Positions 1 through 7,103 of a stretch of DNA of 13,973 nt are shown here, in pieces; within the stretch, counting starts at the first letter, position 1; every line of letters starts with the position of its first letter. Source of the stretch: Bdellovibrionota bacterium. Its GTDB lineage: Bacteria; Bdellovibrionota_C; UBA2361; OMIW01. Where the stretch lies: contig JBIJBT010000073.1 of the NCBI GenBank assembly GCA_044345055.1, forward strand, positions 1 through 13,973, in the 5' to 3' direction. The translations under genes and the position numbers were made by a program. The notes beneath the pieces were generated by a model. It was not told the origin of the DNA. It saw nothing but the letters and a program-made list of their open reading frames with translations, and did not search any database.

Positions 1-334
1 ATTTTGCAAGCTCAATATCGAGGTCGATCCCCGTTTTCCTTTTAATCCGATTTCTCGTTCTCTCCAGCTCTGCAATCCAGCTCGTGCGACGGGGATCGAA
101 GGGGGTGGGTTTATTTGGGGAAGAGGAACGCGATTCTGGGGGCGAACCTTTTTCATGAATCGTTACAATCGGATCGGCGAAACCGTCCTCTATAGCAAGA
201 AAAATGGGTAAGCAGAGAGGGATTGTGATTGCTGCCCCTGCTATAGTTCGGGGACAGCGGACGAGAGAGGCTTTGACCTCCGCGGAGATGCCTCGGTTGC
301 GAAGGGCTCGCAAGAAGTGGTGTGATACTTTCAT
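1..334 (-). CDS. Hypothetical membrane-anchored protein, N-terminal part (runs off the left edge)
   Basis: Manually translated from ATG at 334: MKVSHHFLRALRNRGISAEVKASLVRCPRTIAGAAITIPLCLPIFLAIEDGFADP...WIAELERTRNRIKRKTGIDLDIELAK. Open to the window edge, one hydrophobic segment, divergent from the 423 gene. Not in the supplied ORF track. A second frame from ATG 156 is also open, so the frame is not certain. Confidence 0.5.
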   Translation of the reverse strand, partial: MKVSHHFLRALRNRGISAEVKASLVRCPRTIAGAAITIPLCLPIFLAIEDGFADPIVTIHEKGSPPESRSSSPNKPTPFDPRRTSWIAELERTRNRIKRKTGIDLDIELAK

Positions 335-411
335 GGGCAATATAGCTGAAAAAAATAGTAGGGTCGCCTGATTTCTCTCTCTCGATGTGACAGGCAAAGG
401 TTACCATAGTT

Positions 412-418
412 GAGGAGG
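412..418 (+). promoter_or_regulatory. Shine-Dalgarno sequence for the 423 gene
   Basis: GAGGAGG lies 4 nt upstream of the GTG start at 423. Confidence 0.7.
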
Positions 419-422
419 AGTC

Positions 423-1733
423 GTGGAGAGCAATCATGAGTTGGTTCAGGTTCGGTTGACCGGTTTGGCGGGAGCGGGCCGCAGTATTGGGGTTGTTGAG
501 GAGGCGGCAGATCCGAGTCTTATTGGAATAAAATCGTTCGTTACAGGCGCTCTCCCGGGAGACGTTGTTCGTGCCGTCATGGATGCGCACAAGGGAAACT
601 TCATCGAAGCAACAATAGATGAGCTTCTTGTTGCCTCTCCTCACCGAAGGGTAGCCCCGTGCCCGGTGGTTTCAGAGTGCGGCGGATGCGATCTTCAACA
701 GCTCTCCTACGAGCAGCAGCTTATCAGCAAACGGGAGATGATAATCGGCGCATTCCGCGCGGCGCGGTTGGGGGGCGAAGATGATGTGGAGCGAAATACC
801 CTGATAAAGCCCTTTATTCCGAGTCAGGAGGGTGGGTATCGGCGGCGATTTTCCTTTCATATCGATCGCTCAGGGGCGGTGGGGCTGTATCGCCGCGGCT
901 CGCGCTCGGTGCTTCCACTTGCGGAGTGCTATGTGGCAACTTCGGAAGTTAATCGAGTTTTGGAAAAGCTCCCCTCGATTGCCGCTATACTTACCGGAAT
1001 CCCAGCGACCGCGATCGTAGAGAGTGGTAAAGATGAGGCGGGTGTTGTTTTGGTGTTCGCTGAAAGTATCGCGCCTCAGCTCATCGATCAGCTCACCCTT
1101 GCTTTGCCCTCGATTGCGCGGGTATGGGCGATTCGGGTTAGGGAAGAGCTTGTTCGATCGTCGAGCGATGGTGAGTTTGCTCTTGAGGTCGGAGGGCGAG
1201 AGACGCAGCTTCCACTTGGTTCATTTTCGCAGGTGAATTGGGAAGTAAATAGAAAACTCGTTGAACGGGTCGTTTCTTTGATTGGTGAGCAGGAGGCAAA
1301 ATCGGTGCTCGATCTTTACGCTGGAGCGGGCAATTTTGCGATACCGATAGCATCGCGCGGTATTAAAACAACCGCTGTCGAGCTGGTGCCTGAGCTTGTT
1401 GCTGCTGCTCAAGATTTGATCGCGCGTGAGGGGCTGCCGATTTCGTATCGGTGTATGAGCGTTGAAAAATATCTGAGGGAAATTCGCGATACACTTACCT
1501 CCGCTCCTGAGTGGGACTGCCTCGTGGTCGATCCTCCCCGTAGCGGTCTTGGGAAGCTGATATCATCGCTTCCGACAAGCCCTTTAATATTGTTAGTATC
1601 ATGCCAACTTGCTAGCTGCATACGAGATCTAAAAGCATTTGTCTCTCTCGGTTATCGTATTGAGAGTGTTGAGCCGTTCGATATGTTTGCTCAAACGTCT
1701 CACACAGAAATTCTATCGGTGCTGCGGCGTTGA
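423..1733 (+). CDS. rlmD: 23S rRNA (uracil-C5)-methyltransferase, RlmD/RumA (TrmA) family
   Basis: N-terminal TRAM-like segment (FVTGALPGDVVRA), Fe-S cysteines CPVVSECGGC plus a later LAEC, SFSQVN, SAM-binding LDLYAGAGNF, VDPPRSGL, catalytic VSC and C-terminal DMFAQTSHTE. The exact target uridine cannot be determined from sequence. Confidence 0.9.
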   Translation: MESNHELVQVRLTGLAGAGRSIGVVEEAADPSLIGIKSFVTGALPGDVVRAVMDAHKGNFIEATIDELLVASPHRRVAPCPVVSECGGCDLQQLSYEQQLISKREMIIGAFRAARLGGEDDVERNTLIKPFIPSQEGGYRRRFSFHIDRSGAVGLYRRGSRSVLPLAECYVATSEVNRVLEKLPSIAAILTGIPATAIVESGKDEAGVVLVFAESIAPQLIDQLTLALPSIARVWAIRVREELVRSSSDGEFALEVGGRETQLPLGSFSQVNWEVNRKLVERVVSLIGEQEAKSVLDLYAGAGNFAIPIASRGIKTTAVELVPELVAAAQDLIAREGLPISYRCMSVEKYLREIRDTLTSAPEWDCLVVDPPRSGLGKLISSLPTSPLILLVSCQLASCIRDLKAFVSLGYRIESVEPFDMFAQTSHTEILSVLRR

Positions 1734-1817
1734 GGATGGTTTATAAGCAATGGTAAGGCGCGAGTTTTTCTCTGCTCTTAGCTCGCCTCTTAATTTAGGT
1801 ATCATCCGCGAGCATCT

Positions 1818-2534
1818 ATGGCTGGAACAAGTTCTAATCAACCTGAGGTTCACCTCCCCTTGCCCTTTATATCGCTCTTTGCACACGAGGTAAGAAACCC
1901 TCTTAATGCAGTTGCGGCTATCGGGGCTTTACTTGAGCGGAATCCAAAAGGTGATATGTTGCCTTGGCTTGGCTCTTCATTGATTCGTCAGGTCGATGAA
2001 TTAGCGTTTCTCGTCGATATGTTTCTTGATGGTGCTCGACTGACCACGGGAAACCTTAATATCTCCGCCGAAAAGGTCGTTGTTTCGGCCGTTATTGATG
2101 ATCTAATTAAGGATTGGCAGCAGGTTTTTGAGAAGGGAAAGTTCTCTGTTGAAAAAACGTATGAGACCGATGGTCTAGCTGTCTCTGCTGATCGGACAAG
2201 ATTGCGTCGCTCGCTGTACGCAATGATTCAGATGAGAATAAGGTCGCTCTCATCAGGCGGAATCTTTCGGTTCTCGGTTCGCTCTGTAGGTGAGAATGTT
2301 GCGATCACCTTTGAGGATACAGGGGATAGGTTTCCAGAGGAGGAGGTAAAAGCTATCGAATCAGCTACCTCGACGGATCTATTCAGTGATGCGGAACGAG
2401 GACTTAGGCGTCTTGCACTGATGCTCATAAAAGCATACGTCGAGCAAGTCGGCGGTACCTTTTCTCTCCAACAATCGAGTGAAGATAATCAACGTGGAAT
2501 AGCTCTTACACTTACTTTTCGCGCATCGCGATGA
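1818..2534 (+). CDS. Histidine kinase-like protein (HisKA plus degenerate HATPase_c), no sensor domain
   Basis: H-box FAHEVRNPL near residue 22. The downstream pattern follows HisKA/HATPase (LVDMFLDGARL, ADRTRL, ITFEDTG, VEQVGGTF), but the N-box Asn and the G1/G2 glycines are missing. Confidence 0.8.
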   Translation: MAGTSSNQPEVHLPLPFISLFAHEVRNPLNAVAAIGALLERNPKGDMLPWLGSSLIRQVDELAFLVDMFLDGARLTTGNLNISAEKVVVSAVIDDLIKDWQQVFEKGKFSVEKTYETDGLAVSADRTRLRRSLYAMIQMRIRSLSSGGIFRFSVRSVGENVAITFEDTGDRFPEEEVKAIESATSTDLFSDAERGLRRLALMLIKAYVEQVGGTFSLQQSSEDNQRGIALTLTFRASR

Positions 2535-2557
2535 TCTGTGAATCGCGATGATCTGTG
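2525..2557. repeat. Tandem duplication, 16 nt x2 (ATCGCGATGATCTGTG), period 17
   Basis: Exact copies at 2525-2540 and 2542-2557, spanning the stop codon of the kinase-like gene. A partial third copy ATGATCTGT is at 2576-2584. Confidence 0.9.
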
Positions 2558-2726
2558 CATGACAGCGAACTGTTCATGATCTGTCTTCAAGTCTGAAGTG
2601 CGACTTGGTGGATCCGCTCATGGCTCGATTATTCGCTAAGTCTGCCTCTACTAGGGCGAAGACCTCTTCGGAGATACAAGGCTTGCTCGACGCTGCTCTA
2701 CGATGTTCCTTAAGCCTGCCATTGTG

Positions 2727-2793
2727 CCTGCTTCGGACGATAGCCGCACTTACCTCGGTTCCAAGCTCGCTCTCGAGAGATGGTGCTCCGATG
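2727..2793. repeat. 67-nt structured dispersed direct repeat, copy 1
   Basis: 62/67 identical, ungapped, to 5586-5652 by manual alignment. Intergenic and folds into two imperfect hairpins. Confidence 0.95.
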
Positions 2794-2928
2794 GCGCTTC
2801 CCGCGTCTTGGTGAGGCAAAACTCGACGATTCGTTCGGTGAGGAGTGGGGAGGTTCCGTAGATTATCGCAGCTATTGCGGGATGTGGGTAGATCAACAGC
2901 CGGAAGGTCCGTTTTCCTAGCTTTTTCC

Positions 2929-4653
2929 TCAATTTAGCGCGCGGGAGGGGAGAATCAGTTTTGCTGGATTCTCTGAGGAGCCGATTGCCGAGAGCCTGTT
3001 CGGCTGAAATCCGATATCCCTGAGATGATCGAATCGCGAAACAGTTGCGTGTCGTTCTCCGCCCCATGAAATGTGCTCCTCGATGACACTTATCAAAGAG
3101 GCTTGGCCTGTCGGAGGCCGGTCAAACAGTCCCTTTCTCATAGCGGGCCGTTGTGGATCTTGGTCTGCACTCAGTTCATACGTGACATCTCCGAGCACTG
3201 GGTCGAATGCTACTTGAATCATCTGATCTCGCCACTCGCTCTCCGGCGAGACAATAATATCCGCCTCATCAAGAATACCCGGTCCACCACTTCCGACAAA
3301 CAGCGAGCCGAGGAGCTCTATCTGGTTCACGGTGGTGAAGCCGGAGAACTGGGCGTTAATCATTAGTGAATCTGCCAACCCGATACCGCTGATAAAAACC
3401 CCTTTTCCGTCAAGGCGCCCAGCAAAAGAGATATTCTCGAGAACACTCTGGCTCACGAGGAGATCGTCGATGACTCCCTCCCCAATGGTGACGTTTGACA
3501 AGGTACACTGCTGCATCTGGGTGTCCAGCATCGTGCTGCCATCGAGCAGGACGCGGTCGAGTTTGCAATTGACGAACCTGGTTCGGGTGAGATTTACTCC
3601 TCGGAGATCTGCCCCGCTGAGATCGACGTTTACAAGGATGGCATCGGTGAGGTTTGCGTCTCTCAAGTTAATGCCGGAAAGGTTGCTGTTATTGATGCAG
3701 ATCGCCTCGAGATCTCGCTCGGGCATGAGGGCATTGATTAAAGATGCTCCTACGATAAATCCTCCGCGGAGATCATGGTGCGTCAGATCTTTTTTGTCAT
3801 GATTGCCTTTAAGGAGGGGGAGGCCCGCCGAGTCGACATACGCCTGGTGGCGGGAGATTGCTGTGTCAATCTCTTGTTCGTTGATGCCTCCGAAGACGGT
3901 CTCGGGGAGAAGCTCATGAGCACTCGCGCCCTGGTTCCGAGAGGAGAGAATAAGATTGTTTTTCGCGTCTTCGCGCAGCAGCTGCGCGAGTTTATTGAGA
4001 GCTGCCCGCTGTGTCCTCGGGAGGACGCCGACTTTTCTCGCAACAAATTCCACCTGCTCTGGTGTCCATCCCTCGAAACGCTTCTTTTGGAGCTCTTTCT
4101 CTTCAGGGGTTGGGCGATGCCAAGGTTTGTCCCAACTTTGAGGAAGAAATCGAGTGGTTGAGTCATAGCGGGGGGCGTCGATAACCGCTAGTGGCGCGAA
4201 CACCTTGGCATTGGATTGGTCAAAGAACCGCGACCCTAGCCCACTGAGATTCGCCTCTGATAAATCAGCTTCTCTGAGGTCCGAATTCTTGTTAAAACGG
4301 GCACCGGTGAGGTCTGCGGTTCCAAAACGAGTAAAGCGGAGATCGGTGTCTTTGAAAAGCGCGCCCGTGAGATTACTCCCCTCGAACCGACACCCAGTCA
4401 TTTTTTTGCTTGAGAGATCGGCGCCCTCGAGAGAGAGATTGCTGAGATCAAGATGATTAAGGAGGGTGAGTCCTGATAAATGCTCTCGGAAGTTATTCGC
4501 CCATACCGCAGTGCCAGATATTATTCGTCTCTCTCCCGTTGCCGCGGGTCCTTCCATCATCCGAGCGTGACGGGCCTTAACCTGTTTGATTATTTTCGTG
4601 CGAGTCTCCGGTGGGACATCGGAAAGCATTTTTTCTATTTCTGGTGTCGTCAT
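2929..4653 (-). CDS. Pentapeptide repeat-containing protein (two repeat blocks)
   Basis: A(D/N)LXX-type repeats: LDLSN LSLEG ADLSS ... SNLTG ALFKD TDLRF TRFGT ADLTG ... SDLRE ADLSE ANLSG, and a second block SNLSG INLRD ANLTD AILVN VDLSG ADLRG VNLTR TRFVN CKLDR. The blocks are separated by a charged/helical region. Confidence 0.9.
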   Translation of the reverse strand: MTTPEIEKMLSDVPPETRTKIIKQVKARHARMMEGPAATGERRIISGTAVWANNFREHLSGLTLLNHLDLSNLSLEGADLSSKKMTGCRFEGSNLTGALFKDTDLRFTRFGTADLTGARFNKNSDLREADLSEANLSGLGSRFFDQSNAKVFAPLAVIDAPRYDSTTRFLPQSWDKPWHRPTPEEKELQKKRFEGWTPEQVEFVARKVGVLPRTQRAALNKLAQLLREDAKNNLILSSRNQGASAHELLPETVFGGINEQEIDTAISRHQAYVDSAGLPLLKGNHDKKDLTHHDLRGGFIVGASLINALMPERDLEAICINNSNLSGINLRDANLTDAILVNVDLSGADLRGVNLTRTRFVNCKLDRVLLDGSTMLDTQMQQCTLSNVTIGEGVIDDLLVSQSVLENISFAGRLDGKGVFISGIGLADSLMINAQFSGFTTVNQIELLGSLFVGSGGPGILDEADIIVSPESEWRDQMIQVAFDPVLGDVTYELSADQDPQRPAMRKGLFDRPPTGQASLISVIEEHISWGGERHATVSRFDHLRDIGFQPNRLSAIGSSENPAKLILPSRALN

Positions 4654-4716
4654 TCCATCGAAGCAGCTCGAGAAATCGATGCTTCTCTCAACCTCCTCAA
4701 TAATAAATTCTTTTTT

Positions 4717-5472
4717 TTACAACAAATTCGGGAAGAGCGGTTTTGGCAAATGCTCACTCGCACGCTCTTTAACAAACCTGCGAAATATTTCAGGGCTGCC
4801 TCCTAATTTCTGGAGAGCCCACTCCTCTTGAGGACCGAGCCCATAGGCGTTGATTCTAAGAGCCAACCAGCCAACCATCGCAGCACGCAAGGCGTATTTT
4901 CTATACGCTTGGTCGACCTCAAAAAATGCGGGATTGGGCGGTTCAGCTACTGATAATCTGGACTTTTTGATCTGTGGTGGCTGGATGGCACTATTATCGG
5001 TGCCGGTCCACCAATCCTCTGATTCCCCGCTTGCTAAGTCTCGCAAATCGTACAACTCTTGTCCGATTGAGATGCCGAAATCCGACCTAAAACAAATCTT
5101 TTCGCCGATTGTGGCAAGAAGAAATTTGTCTCTGTTGCTCAGCAGATCATAATCGTTACCCTTTGATACAAGAGAGGCGAGCACGCACCGGTCCAAAACG
5201 CTGGGTCCGTCGTCCGTTCGGACTTCGGCCTGCCAGCTAAGCGCCGCTTCCATCGCCCAAAACAACACCTCCTCCGAATCAACTCGAAGTGGTTCGATCG
5301 CCGGCATCACCGCTTCGTTTATTGTCGGACAACCCTTTCGGGATTCACAAGGGTTTTCGGTGGAGATTGCGGAATCAGGGGACATCGGACATCGATTGAG
5401 GGGAAAATAAGGTACTCGGTGACTGCCCGTCGCGGCGCGACGCCACCACCACAATATACTCGATCCCCTCAA
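4717..5472 (-). CDS. Hypothetical protein (true start more likely ATG 5385 or 5307)
   Basis: 251-codon ORF with protein-like helical composition in its 3' two-thirds. No family recognised. Same frame as 2929-4653. Confidence 0.6.
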   Translation of the reverse strand: MRGSSILWWWRRAATGSHRVPYFPLNRCPMSPDSAISTENPCESRKGCPTINEAVMPAIEPLRVDSEEVLFWAMEAALSWQAEVRTDDGPSVLDRCVLASLVSKGNDYDLLSNRDKFLLATIGEKICFRSDFGISIGQELYDLRDLASGESEDWWTGTDNSAIQPPQIKKSRLSVAEPPNPAFFEVDQAYRKYALRAAMVGWLALRINAYGLGPQEEWALQKLGGSPEIFRRFVKERASEHLPKPLFPNLL

Positions 5473-5585
5473 CCTAACAAAGCACCTCAGCCAAAATACC
5501 CCACCCCACTCCCGGTTGCCCCCGCGAACCGACTCCGCGATCGTTCCTGCAAAGGAAGTACCTTCTTACTTAGCCCACTCTTGCA

Positions 5586-5652
5586 CCTGCTTCGGACGAT
5601 AGCTGCACTTACCTCGGTTCCAAACTCGCTACCGAGAGATGGTACTCCGATG
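5586..5652. repeat. 67-nt structured dispersed direct repeat, copy 2
   Basis: 62/67 identical to 2727-2793 in the same orientation. Intergenic between the ddl 3' end and the 5472 ORF. Confidence 0.95.
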
Positions 5653-5703
5653 AGGACAAAGCAATCTTTCTATCTCGGATATGATGCTCACAACTTTACT
5701 CTC

Positions 5704-5729
5704 GCGGTAGATCTGATACCGCTTTTCTT
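5704..5729 (+). terminator. Possible intrinsic terminator, + strand
   Basis: GCGGTA-gatctga-TACCGC perfect 6-bp stem followed by TTTTCTT. Confidence 0.45.
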
Positions 5730-5848
5730 GATCTGGATGATGATAAATACATACTCATCGTTTTAACACCGCGAGCGATTAACTCGTTTCGACTTTTTTT
5801 AAAAAGTAGCCGTGTCGTACTTCAGACTTGAATTCTCCTCAATCCATT

Positions 5849-6958
5849 TCAGCAACCCGTTGCAGCGACACTCAGCACCGAGTCTCGCTCGTGGCGATCG
5901 ATAGCTAATTGAATGAGCCGATCGATCAATTTTGCATATGGGATGCCGGAGGCCTCCCATAGTTTTGGATACATACTAATCGCGGTAAAACCGGGAATTG
6001 TATTTATTTCATTTATTAGAAGAGAGCCGTTTTCAGTTAGGAACATATCGACTCGCGCCATTCCCTCGCAACAGAGACACTCGAAGGTGCGAAGAGCGAG
6101 CCGTTCAGCCTCTTTTATCCGCTCTGGATCAAGCTTTGCGGGGATAACCAATCGAGCTCCCTCCGCGTCGAGGTATTTAGCCTCGTAGGAGTAGAATTCG
6201 TGTGAAGGAATAATTTCACCTGCAACAGACGCAATCGGCTCTTCGTTTCCGAGGACTGAAACTTCAATTTCACGTCCCTTAACAAATTCCTCAACGAGCA
6301 CCTTTGTATCGTAGCGAAACGCCTCATCGAGCGCGCGATCAAGCTCTGCGGCACTAGTAACTTTAGATACGCCAACCGAGGAGCCAAGATTCGCCGGTTT
6401 CACGAAAAGGGGGAGACCAAGCTCTTCCGAGAGGCTCTGAAATGTTATGGTCCTGTGACGAGAATGGGGGACCGTCACAAAGCGTGCCACCCCAATTCCT
6501 GCATCTCGAAGCAGCCTTTTGGCAACATCTTTGTCCATTCCGATCGCTGAGCCAAGAACGCTCGGCCCAACAAACGGAATATCGAGAATGCGAAATAGAC
6601 CCTGAATTGCGCCATCCTCACCGAGCTGACCGTGAAGAACTGGAAATACAACATCGAGTGGAGGGAGATTTAAAGATTGCTCATCTCCATTGGTACCGGA
6701 GTATGCAGCACCAGGTCGAACGGAAAGTGGTGTTGCCGTTGAGGAAAATGCTGGAAGTGGCTTGCCCGTCTCTACAGTTAGGCTCGCCAGATTTTTTTTA
6801 TCGGTGAGGAACCATCTACCGCTTTTATCGATTCCGATAAGTATCACATCATACTTTTCGGGATCGAGCGCCTCGACAACGTTACGAGCAGATAAGAGCG
6901 ATATCTCGTGCTCTGCGGAGCGCCCGCCAAATATAATTCCAACGCGCAGCTTTCCCAT
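5849..6958 (-). CDS. ddl: D-alanine--D-alanine ligase (DdlA-like)
   Basis: FGGRSAEHEISLLSA, DVVFPVLHGQLGEDGAIQG, GMDK, FVKPANLGSSVGVSKV, omega loop FYSYEAKY, ARVDMF, INEINTIPGFT and SMYPKLWEASG. Confidence 0.97.
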   Translation of the reverse strand: MGKLRVGIIFGGRSAEHEISLLSARNVVEALDPEKYDVILIGIDKSGRWFLTDKKNLASLTVETGKPLPAFSSTATPLSVRPGAAYSGTNGDEQSLNLPPLDVVFPVLHGQLGEDGAIQGLFRILDIPFVGPSVLGSAIGMDKDVAKRLLRDAGIGVARFVTVPHSRHRTITFQSLSEELGLPLFVKPANLGSSVGVSKVTSAAELDRALDEAFRYDTKVLVEEFVKGREIEVSVLGNEEPIASVAGEIIPSHEFYSYEAKYLDAEGARLVIPAKLDPERIKEAERLALRTFECLCCEGMARVDMFLTENGSLLINEINTIPGFTAISMYPKLWEASGIPYAKLIDRLIQLAIDRHERDSVLSVAATGC

Positions 6959-7103
6959 GACCTGTACTCCGTTAAAATAGGTGGAGAGTCGAATTCAGTG
7001 AACTCAACGGTATTGTTGAACAGGTAGGGCGGTATGACAATGAGCGTAGTCGCTCTCTGACGTCGAATGAACCAAGGAAGCCAAAAAATTTTTTAACTGG
7101 CTA

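Noticed and set aside
153..644. 163-aa minus-strand ORF and other short overlapping ORFs in the track (e.g. 3332-3802, 3775-4161, 6442-6807, 9721-10038)
   Set aside because: They overlap well-supported genes in antisense or alternative frames and have no recognisable motifs, so they are treated as shadow ORFs.
2605..2814. Short + strand ORFs 2605-2814 and 5419-5766 sharing the peptide LLRTIAALTSVP
   Set aside because: The shared peptide is just the translated DNA repeat. Three of five substitutions are non-synonymous, similarity stops near the repeat borders, and the starts lack a clear RBS.
2929..4653. Qnr/MfpA quinolone-resistance call
   Set aside because: Much longer than these roughly 200-aa all-repeat proteins and has large non-repeat domains; repeats alone do not support the call.
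2727..5652. Repeat pair as DGR template/variable repeats
   Set aside because: The five mismatches are not all at adenines of one copy on either strand, neither copy lies in a credible gene 3' end, and there is no reverse transcriptase in the window.
2727..5652. Repeat pair as a CRISPR array or integron attC sites
   Set aside because: Only two 67-nt copies 2.86 kb apart, no spacer periodicity or cas genes, no RYYYAAC/GTTRRRY ends and no integrase.
5849..6958. VanA/VanB-type D-Ala-D-Lac ligase
   Set aside because: The omega loop FYSYEAKY is of the D-Ala-D-Ala type, and there are no vanH/vanX/vanRS neighbours.
7080..7102. Weak hairpin after the 7104 stop codon as a terminator
   Set aside because: Short stem, AT-rich interior and no convincing U-tract.
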